DNA of 64,000 nucleotides from Trichoplax adhaerens (lineage: Eukaryota; Animalia; Placozoa), in assembly GCF_000150275.1 (NCBI RefSeq), contig NW_002060969.1, forward strand, positions 124,001 through 188,000. The letters are read 5' to 3'. A program made the translations under genes and the position numbers. The notes below the pieces were generated by a model. The model worked only from the letters and a program-made list of their open reading frames with translations. It had not been told where the DNA came from and searched no databases. Shown here piece by piece: positions 41,701-64,000 of the stretch; the first letter of the stretch is position 1; every line of letters begins with the position of its first letter.

Positions 41701-42908
41701 TATATTGTTTTGATTAGACAATATCGATTCTTACCGCGACATACGTATACACGTAATAGCAAGACATTAAGATTAGTCACAGTAATTAAAAGCATTTTTT
41801 GAGTCTATCTCCGGATAGTCCACTATTATGACCTTAGTAATTCGATTTTGATAATTTTGCAGATTTAATAAAATCGGGCGATGAGGTGCAGATATATGGC
41901 ATCGTAACCATACTGTACTTGATAATATCTATTTTTATCTAATATTACTAACTTACGGGTAAGATATTTGACAACAATAACGTAGTTTATGTACTGTAGG
42001 CTTACAGTATGTATTTTTAAAATACATAGCCTTAAAGTATTGACCGCGCATTTGAGAAATTGAAATATTGCTCTCCGTTAAATTACAGTATCAGAACCTT
42101 CAGCGACAACAGTAAGTGATCCGTAATTCACTATCCGATAATAATTTAGAGGAAAATTTTTGCTTTGAAAGCGGTGATAATAATAATTAATATTGACGTA
42201 CAGTATATGAAAAGGTTCAGCGATCAGACTTGTAATTTTTCCGCAATTTTTACGGCTACTTAATTTAGACTAGCATAAGAATTTGGCAGATCCATGTTAC
42301 AACCCACGATCGTACATTTTTTAACTAATTATTATGCTACTTTATAAATACGCAGGAGATAATGCTCATGTTTGTAATGTGCGAAGTCATACATTAGATC
42401 CAAGACTATGTAGGATAACGATCATACGCGATATGCAGATGATTCAGAATAAGGTTTAGGTTTATTGCAAGGACACTCTACAGGATCGAGATCGATATAC
42501 CGAGATAGCCATGCAACATCTGCATGTATTATATCAGAAGCAATACTATTTAACAGTCTTATTCTGTACTTAGGCTACCGTACTATAGCGTGATTGATCT
42601 AGTGTCGCCCGAGAACATAACACGATGTATCCCAAAGGAACTGTAAAGTACAATAAATGTTTTTAACAGGTGATTTTAATGCAAATACATAATCTTAGCA
42701 ATAAATCATCACATTATTGATGTTACTCTTACTAGTAGTCAGTAGTAGACACTCGAGGGTAATCAAGTGTCACGTGTAATAATTATCAAATATTGTTATA
42801 AAAAAAACTTCCAGTCCAATGCATTCATCATGCAAGCTTATCCAGTTAGACAACGCACGTGACTCATTCATTTAATCGCCATTGCTAACACAATAATTCT
42901 ATTGAAAG

Positions 42909-42932
42909 TTTGGATCAACATGTTGATCCAAA
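42909..42932. repeat. Perfect 24-bp palindrome
   Basis: TTTGGATCAACA-TGTTGATCCAAA. Confidence 0.9.
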
Positions 42933-43619
42933 AGTTTTAATGGTACCGATATTCTATTCCTCTTGTTGGTATTTTAAGTAAATGGTGTTGAATCATTCCA
43001 TCTGAATTTTTACCGGATATCCACTTGCCATATTTTAAATTTTATATAATTATTTATTAATTAATTAAATAAATGTAATCTGTAATGATATACAGTACAG
43101 TAACACAAGTATACAAGTGTACATACAGTATAGTTAGCTACACGACACGCCAGCTGAACTTTAAAGCTTTTCCTATACAGTATTAGCTTTTGCTCCTCTT
43201 AATTAAATGGGGGGGGGGGGGTTACAGTAAAAACACCGTTAATGGTTAAACACAATTACAATTAAATAGATTCTTAACCTTAATACGTATCAGTCAAATT
43301 AACTACCAGGGTCTCTAAATTGTACAATACGCATGCTTCCGCACAGAAATTGTATTTAAATGCAGTAATGCAATGCAAATGAGAACAAATCATGGATAAG
43401 CTTCTTGGCGCTTTAAAATCACACGGCCTTCTTCAGAAAAACGCTTATAAAGTAATAACGTTAAATCCATCTTATTGAATAAAACTCGCAAAAAATTCGG
43501 TATTTCCGAGTTTTCCTAGCTTTTCATCAGAATTATCATGTGAAAACAAACTGACTACTGTAATTTATAGTTGGCATTGTCCAAGTTTTTACACACGAGA
43601 CAATCGTGTGTAAAACTTT

Positions 43620-44120
43620 GAATACTGTACGTACTGTATGCCAACTTTAAATTACAGCTTCTCAGTACAGTACTGTACTGTACTGTACTGTACAGTATAA
43701 GGTGATCTTGTTACAGTATCTGCTATTAAATGATGCAATATTGCCCAGCCTAACAGAGAGTCCGAAGTACAGTACTGTACACTGTACAGTACTGTAAATG
43801 AAAATGAGCTAAGAAATAGTACTGTACTGTACAGAGCGATGTTTTGGTCTACAGTACTGTACACTGTACAGTACATGGTAACGGTAACTTACAGTACTGT
43901 AGGTAAAGTAACTGACAGTTAACTTGAGTATCATCAGCACGTGCCAACTTTTAAAAACAGTTAGAAATTAAAAGTCAAAAATTTTAATCAATGCGCAGCT
44001 ATGACACTGTAGCACTAGTACCAGTATCAGTCTCAGCATTAATGTACGGTAATGTACAGTACTGTGCTGTACTGTACTATACTAACTGATAGATTTCATA
44101 CTGGTACTACAGTACAGTAT
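43620..44120. promoter_or_regulatory. ACAGT arrays upstream of HSPA9 (possibly bidirectional)
   Basis: Dense pentamer arrays at 43665-43900 and 44054-44120. Confidence 0.55.
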
Positions 44121-44480
44121 GCATGTGCGTACGGTCGCTAGCTGGAATTTCCCAACTTTGAACAGACTGTGTCTTTTGCCTTTGCTAATAACCATTCCAG
44201 CTTCTTGGTTGGTGCGTTGTTCACACAGCTGAAAGGGAACGCAGATACGTTTTGAAGTTAGTAATATCAGAAACAGTGTACTTTTCTTCGAGTCTGTAGT
44301 CCATGTTGAAGTTTTCTTATTAACAAAGCTTGTGCTTTTCTCTTTCAAAGCAGTTCAAGATTTAGTGTTAAATCTGTTTGGATACGAAACAAGTGGGATA
44401 CTAGTCACATTGCAACAGAATATTTTTCTATTTTACGCGTGTTATCTGGAGCAGTATTTCTTTCCGGGCGTAATACGTAT

Positions 44481-48689
<4,209 letters not shown>

Positions 48690-51600
48690 CATATTAGCTT
48701 TCATTAAACTGATGCAATGTTATTTTTTGGAGGCTACGTAATTGAATAAAGCGATAAAATGTGACAGCTTATTATCAGTAACGGTACTAATGCAAAGGAG
48801 CAGTTCAGTAATTGAGCTTCTAGTTTTTACTATCCTGCTTGACGTAACAGATATACCAAACAATCGAAGATTCGATAGGCCCACTTATGCAAGTTTGATA
48901 ATTCTACACTAGTATGCGATACTGTATGATTCCGGGTCGAACAACAGAAATTTCGAACGTTACATCATACCTTCGTAAAGGCGTACGTTCTACTACATAT
49001 CATTAGTCGGCAGTACAGTAAAAATACAGATATGTGCTACGTTTCGTTACTGTAATGCATACAGAAAAACGATATAGTAGTTTACAGGACTTTGTCTTGT
49101 GATGTCGGTTTTTAGCTGATAATATGCAACGAAATCTTTTAAAGGTATTTCTGTCTTTAATTCAGTAATTTTCATTGGAAAGAATGAACGTGTTTGTAAT
49201 ACAGTAGTACAAGCAGTATTTATAATTTCAGGCTATATTTAAATTCGAAAGGGATAATGAATATCAGTCATTTCAAACTATTTCTTGACTAACGCAATTG
49301 CCTGAAATACACATGCCAAAAGAGGATAGAAAATGTATTGTAATATCACATTGGGTCTCTCACAACATACAGTACACTACTGCACGCTGTAATGTATATG
49401 CAGCTTTGTATGTAATTATATAAATTATCGCAGGATCATGTCCTATTCTGGTACAGTATCTTTCAGATCTTATTTTGGCTAAGCTAATCCATTTTGAATG
49501 CACAGTATTTACTATAAGGGTTTCATAATTACTGTATATGGTAATCCCGATAGGATATAATAGTATCAAAGAATCAGAAAAATGTTCGCACCAATTTTAG
49601 ATTTATACCAGTGTGAGTGGAGGTACAGATACGTAGTGATACTGAATAGGTAATTTGCATAATTAATCAATTAAAGCGATTATAGTGAACATGACAAGTA
49701 CAGTGATAAAGAAAACTACAGAGCAAATGCCTGTCTAAAGGTTAGAATTAAAGATAGAATTGGCTACATCACTCACTATACAGCAGATTTTGAGTACATA
49801 ACAGCCATTACAGTACTTAGTGCCTACGACTATGCGTGTAAGTCAATGGCTCTACAAACAGTTTATAGATTCTCTTAAAATATCTTGCATTATCATTGAT
49901 GCAAAATGCAAAATCCAGAAATTTTTATCAATACATCCTCTCCCGGAATACTGCTATGTAAGTATACAGTACATATGCTACGATATAAAATTGAGGTATT
50001 GTAAATCTTCGGATATAGAGCTTTAAGCTATCAATTAAACATTGGCGCAGTCAATCAAGACACTTTTCATAAAACTGTATAGCTATTACTAACGTATCTA
50101 CAGCAGTTGCCGATTTAAATAGTGACAATCTCTAATCAACGAAAATAATCTATATCTTGATTTAACAGGATCACCGGTACTGTTACCCTAATGTATTCAT
50201 AGTAAAATTTAAAAAAATTGGACCAATACTATATTTTTAAGAAAGAATGTACATGTATGTAAGCAATAGTTTTACTATATTGCGTTATGATTGATAGGAA
50301 CTTCGCATCCAACAAAATATCGTGAAGTAAAAACACCTGTTACTAACATCTACAGACCACAATATTGCATTGTACAAACTTGCAAATAGGACGATTACCG
50401 GCATAATCTTGGATTAGGTTTTTCAATTGAGTAGCAATATAAGTATACGTATATATACACTATTGTACAACACATGAACAGAGGTCAATTTACGTCCCGA
50501 CTGGTGTGTGATCTTTTGTTGATTTAGATGCTGCCATAGTCTTTCAGAGGCTTTTCAATTCAGAAAATTTCTAGAAATTCCATAGAACTATGTCAATGTT
50601 TTGCACTGATACTTTTCGACGTCCTAAGTCCCAACACCCGACACAATACTTGAACATGATTGATAAACCAGAAATTTTCAAGAGGAATTTTCTCTTAGAT
50701 GTCCCCGGATAAACTAAGCCTTTTTTATTTGACGCAAGTCATACATATTTAAATTCGTAATACGTGGGTTGAAATTGGTGTAATGGCTGAAGATTTACAT
50801 TATATTCGCAAACTATCAACAGTAATGATAACGACGCCGCATCGTATTATTGATTAATCCATACCGAATTCAGAATAATGAAGAAGTAAACGGAGTATCT
50901 TGTAGTATTCCTTTCAATCGTTCAATAACAACATTCTGACTTTTAAAGTATAGGTCACTACGAAATAATTAGGTATTCGAGTAGTTCATAAGTTGTTTAC
51001 CTTTTCTGCATGTCTTTTCAAAATCTTTTTGTTTACAACTTTTACTATGAACCCAATCAGTGTATTTTGATAAGTAAATTCGCTACAGAAATTAAATATT
51101 GTTCCAAAACAAAACTGCGAACTTAAAATTATCTACTATAAAAAATATAAAATGATCGTTACTTACTCTTGCTCTTTATTCTTAGGTTACAATACGGGAA
51201 AAATTAGTGTCTTTAATTTAAGTAAGTTACAATATAACGTATCCTGGTAATTACATCATACTCTTATCTAAGTTGACTTATACTGTGTGTGTAAAACAGA
51301 GTTTGTAATTACATCGTTAAAAATCTAATGCATTCGTAGTTAACTGGTAGAACCCATGAAAATTCCACGGAATACAGTTTTAATTAGTATGCCAAATCGC
51401 AAAACTTTAACGTTAACGCTATTTACGCGTATATTTAACATGCATTGTAGTACGTACAACAGTATCATACAGTCCTATGAAGATCATCGAGCAAAAACAT
51501 CTAGTATATACATGCAATCACTTCAAATTGCTAGTTCACGAGTACATTAAATGGGGTCAAAAAGTATAAACTGATTGAATAGCCTACCAAATGATAAAGC

Positions 51601-51930
51601 GGGTTGGCCAAAATAGTATTAATTTCTACATGCACATACTAAGTTAGAAACCATCATATCTAAATGCGCACTAGCGCTTGTTCGTGTTACAAAAACATCT
51701 TGACATCTCGTAGTATGTACGGTATATCGGCGATATATACATGTAGCGTTAACTTGTAATTTCATACTGCCTGAGATAACGTAACAATGGTGCGAGAGAT
51801 CATACCAAGACTATAAACGACACTACTATCGTGACTGAATCTATCCAAATTCTTCACAAACTCGCGATATATTATTTACAATTAGTCCTGATTACATAGA
51901 CATAATAATTTTATAGCATTTCTAAACCGA

Positions 51931-56879
<4,949 letters not shown>

Positions 56880-56992
56880 TTTCGAATGATGTTATAATCA
56901 GCATTGACGTTGAGTATAATTTTCAATTTCAAAGGTTCTCCAAAAATGCAACAGAATGCTACCGTTGCACTCACTAGGGTAAATCGTTCGTG

Positions 56993-57280
56993 ATACTGTA
57001 CTGTACTGTACACTACTGTACTGTACACTACTGTACTGTAAACCTGCTGTTCAAATGCGAATGCAACGCAACTATCAATGTACTGTACTGTACAGTACTA
57101 GTGTACAGTACTGTACGTTGACAAAATGAGGCCGAATGTACTGTGACTGTACACTGTAAATCTCATTCTACTGTACAGTACTGTACATTCCAGTGCTACC
57201 GTTATTTGACTTAATAAATTTTGACCAGAGATCGGCACCGTTTGCAGGCATACAGTACCTTAATAACAGTACAGTATTTT
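56993..57280. promoter_or_regulatory. ACAGT array in the DDX41/ACTR1 divergent promoter
   Basis: tactgtactgtactgtacactactgtactgtacactactgtactgta and further units between the two ATGs. Confidence 0.6.
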
Positions 57281-57399
57281 TAAGGACCATTTCTAATAAC
57301 TGACTTCATGCTAGTAACTGGGAAGGTTCTTTTCGACGTTCGATTCCGAACTTAACTCCTAAAATCGTTAATGATTAGAAACGTAGCTTTTTATCAGAA

Positions 57400-60309
<2,910 letters not shown>

Positions 60310-61721
60310 TGGTGGTTTCCCCGGCAAGATAGGCGAATCGATTTTGATCTCATGTGCCTGGTAATGTAATGAACTCCTCTGCAGTATGCTGTAGTTGCTG
60401 GTGCTGTAGCGGTATCTTTATTCGTTGCTATAAATTTTATAGGGCCAAAGGATTCGACTTAAATTATATTCTAATAAATCTTTTTTTTAATCTGTTTCCA
60501 TTCGCTCTAAAATGTATTGTGTAGCAAATCTTAATTGATATTTGTATTATTTACGAACTGTAATTCGTAAATTGTAACTCATTAAATTGTTCTTACATCA
60601 CATTTTGTAGTATTGCTTACTTCTCTAAGTTACACCCACAGCTACCTTCATTATTCCTGTCATTTTAACTACAGTGTAACGTTGGTGATTCAATGGAACG
60701 TATGTAAGGTAGACACAAGGGACTATACTGTAATAGTGAGAAATATGCATTTGTTAACGAGGTCTATGAACAAAATAAGGCCGTTACAGTGATCATGTAA
60801 AATTAAAATGCATACCTGTCATGTATCTTGTATAGTTATTTTTTCATGTTAGAACGTCTGTTCGAATTTCGAATTATGAATTTAAGTTAAAATATATGGC
60901 TATTGTTAAAGTTGCATTCGTATGAGTTTATATCAATACAACATTTACGTATATCGTCGCAATTCAAATTTATTCGTGTTTTAAGTAATAGCAAAGACAA
61001 TAAAACGCTAGATAGCTAAATAGCGTTTGTGTAGATTCACTACAGCTTTTATTCGGTCCCCAAGGGGAGTGCTTTCCGATTAACATATTTTAGGACTTAA
61101 GACCTGATAACAGTGAAAATACTGTGAAATTGCAGATATCATAAATATGTAGTATTTCTGACTTTAGCAAATCGAATTGACAATAAATTAGAAGTAAAAG
61201 ATATAAAATATAAAAGCAATCGCAACTACCTAGCGGGCCGGTTGCGCACTATTACAGTCGATAACTAAATATAGAAGTTAACGAATAATACAATTCCCCA
61301 CTGAAAGTTCTATAGCAGTTCGAATCAAATTGTTCACTAGATATATGGTTTTGCTCTTTGCAAAATGCTATCATTACTTCTCGATCGCTTCTAAGATGCA
61401 GTACTAAAAATAAATACGTAACGATTCAGATATTTGGTACATCCTAGTAAGAACTATCAAAAAACTATTTCTCTGAAGCATAGATACAGCATTCCAGCTG
61501 GATAAGAGTCGATAAACCGTATGGTAGATTAGGCATAACGAATAGAGAAATTATATACAGTAACGAAATATAGCTATGATCGATATAATTCCATGGTTTA
61601 TAATGTATAATGTAGGTATCACATTATGATGACGCTAATTTTTAATGGCCATGTTTGTTGACAATAACTATGATAGCATGTGACTGGTAAATACCAACTT
61701 ATAAGTACTTTTCCATTTTGA

Positions 61722-64000
61722 TCAATTGGATCTTTGAAATGTATACTTGACGCGTTGTAAACTTTTTCGAAATCTTTGCGAGCTACGTTGGAGAGCCGAC
61801 CGGGGAAAATGATTGTGATTCTGTGCAACAAGCTCCTGCAAGTCCTGATCTTGAAATTCAACCATTCGTTTTGAAATCAGTCTCTGTAAATCCATATCAG
61901 CAGGGAAAGTATAAGGATTCGCCTTAAAAATACGGACTTGATTTATAATTCTAGCAATCGTCCTACAATCAAAGTCAAACGTAAATATTAATTCGCATTA
62001 TCTTAAAATTGCTATATCTCACGGCATATGTTTTATGCACGCATAATAATGATACTCATAGAATTATCTTAAAAAGGTAAACTACAACCCTACAACCATC
62101 ATTATGTCCCGTCATCAGAGCCTGCTCCAATGATGATCACTGGACTGTACCAATACAATATGACACCTACCTCATCTTAGACCATTTATACATTCCATTT
62201 GGCATTAAAAAGCCATCACGCTCATGCTGTTGAATCGCGGATAAAAATAAAGAAACTGGCGGTAGTGTCGGCTCGGTTACATTTACCGAATCCAGAATTA
62301 CTGTTAACGTGTCTGTTTGCAACTTCAGCTGGAATTATAATAAATAATGTTATAATTAATACCTTGCGATAACATAAAGGATGGTGTACCTAACAGTCAT
62401 TTCGTAAATTCCTATTCGCTATAAAAGGTACCTTATAGCTAGATAAGTGTTCCATAGTATTTAAAGCCTTTGCCGGCAAGCTTCTCCAAACCTACCAGAG
62501 ATCAATAAAATTCGTTTAGTAGAGTCAATATATTTTTCAACACTCGTATTACCAGTGTTTGTACTGCATTGAGCGAAGTCATTAGATTTTCAAATATTAT
62601 CAACAGTGATATCTTATTCAAGTTTCGGTCAGCAAACAGTAGCATAGTAGCATCGATACTTGTAGATATCGATTAACGCGTTGACAACCGTAGTTATGCG
62701 TACCGGTAACTGTCGAACGACAATCATTTCTAAGCCTTCAACAACTTGTAAAAAAGTGGCATAATTTCGTTTCTCGTAGCACCATTTCGCGATTTTAATA
62801 AATTCCGTTAATAACGTTAACTGCATCTAGATAGTGAACGGTGGTTGAACACAAGATGTCAAAAAATGCATCACTTATTAGTGGATATAATTTCAAATAT
62901 TAAGAAATTTATACTGTCACAAATTGCAAAAGATTATAATCCACAATTTCTTACTTTCGCGGAAGGGCAACCGCAAAGTTCTCCTGCGATCCATATTGAT
63001 GCGCCTTGAGCTCTTTCAAGCAATATTTCTAAGTATTCACTAGGCTCCAGTTTGGCGATATTCTTCAATGAGGTCTTTTCTCTCATACTTCGCCTCTCCG
63101 ATGTCATGTAATTAAAAGATTCAAGTTCGTGTTTAGGCTTGCCTATTGATGCTCGAAAATTTACGACTGAACCAAAACGGTTGAATTTTCCAACGCTGGA
63201 GTTTAAGTCTGACGCTTCGGTACCCAAGAAATCGATCGGATGCATACCAAGAAATAATTCCTAAGTTAAGTTGTATTCGTAAACGAGGATGTTATTAGTT
63301 TACAGATTTATTATTCTTTCTATAATACAATTACAATTATTAGCTCCCAGATCAACAAGGAAAATAACAGTTTAAATAAAAATAGATTTTCACACCTGTT
63401 GCATAAGGGTTAGCTGTTTTGCAATTTGAGGAGTAGAGTAATTCAATAACGAATCATGAAAGTTTTTCCCACGATCCATTGCCGTAATTGAAATAGCGCT
63501 AGGAACATCATCGAAGCACTTAAGTTCTCGCATCCCCATAGCAGTACTATTTGAGCGCCTTACTGACATTCTCCAATTCTGGACGTCAAATATTTGTCAT
63601 TGGCTTAAAATTGATACGTATTCTCATCAATCTATCACACTGAAAAACTTACCGATGGAGTGCTACCTAACGTTCTGTTACTTGAAGAGTTGGTTTCGAT
63701 ATCTAAATAACAAAAACAAATGTTATAATCATTAGTAGTAGTAACTATTTCTAACATGATTTATTTCTGTTTTGCTAACCGTCTTCTTCCTTATCTATCT
63801 GTTGTTCGCGTATAATAGTATTTTCCGTTTGATCTCTTTCATTCGTACTTAACTTTTTGTCATTGCATAAGTATAACACACGCACTCCCATTCCAGTTGC
63901 GTCAATCGGAATTACCTTTCGAGACATTTGATCAAAAAGATATAGTTACTATGAATCCTTAACCACAGAATCGGTGCTCGCAAAACACTGTTATGTAGTA
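61722..64000 (-). CDS. KNDC1: RasGEF (CDC25) domain C-terminus of a very-KIND/KNDC1 orthologue; 5' part outside the window
   Basis: IAKQLTLMQQ|ELFLGMHPIDFL, IAKWCYEKRNYATFLQVVEGLEMIVVRQLP|VWRSLPAK, GFLMPNGMYKWSKMR|TIARIINQVRIFKANPYTF..KSLQRVKYTFQ, collinear with the KNDC1 C-terminus as recalled. Confidence 0.85.

Noticed and set aside
43430-43532. Hammerhead-like CTGATGA...GAAA on the minus strand
   Set aside because: No stem II between the core motifs, and stems I and III cannot be formed.

Overview
Eukaryotic, AT-rich, gene-dense animal genomic DNA with many short spliceosomal introns and ACAGT/ACTGT pentamer arrays at gene 5' ends. It is most likely placozoan (Trichoplax-like); this is an inference from gene content and sequence style. 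Twelve recognisable multi-exon genes were assembled by hand: SLC49A3/MFSD7-like MFS transporter (5'-partial), CCT7, a cell-surface NTPDase, RMND5, FNTA, ARID5, PYROXD2, eRF1, HSPA9, DDX41, ACTR1 and the 3' part of KNDC1. Their human orthologues all fall in one paralogon (2p/2q11, 4p16, 5q31-35, 8p11, 10q21-26). The main unexplained signals are: (1) a ~680-nt, G-U-rich, strand-specific long RNA hairpin downstream of the NTPDase; (2) a ~750-nt chain of G-U-containing stem-loops behind its own promoter-type ACAGT array, carrying a CTAACCCT telomere-template-like 8-mer; (3) a stand-alone 79-aa ubiquitin-fold ORF ending in an exposed Gly; (4) a PYROXD2 copy with an internal deletion/frameshift and a possible AT-AA intron; and (5) cryptic minus-strand exons plus a C/D-box-like element complementary to the eRF1 exon-1 donor. 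All folding and splicing was done by eye; no database searches or folding programs were run.
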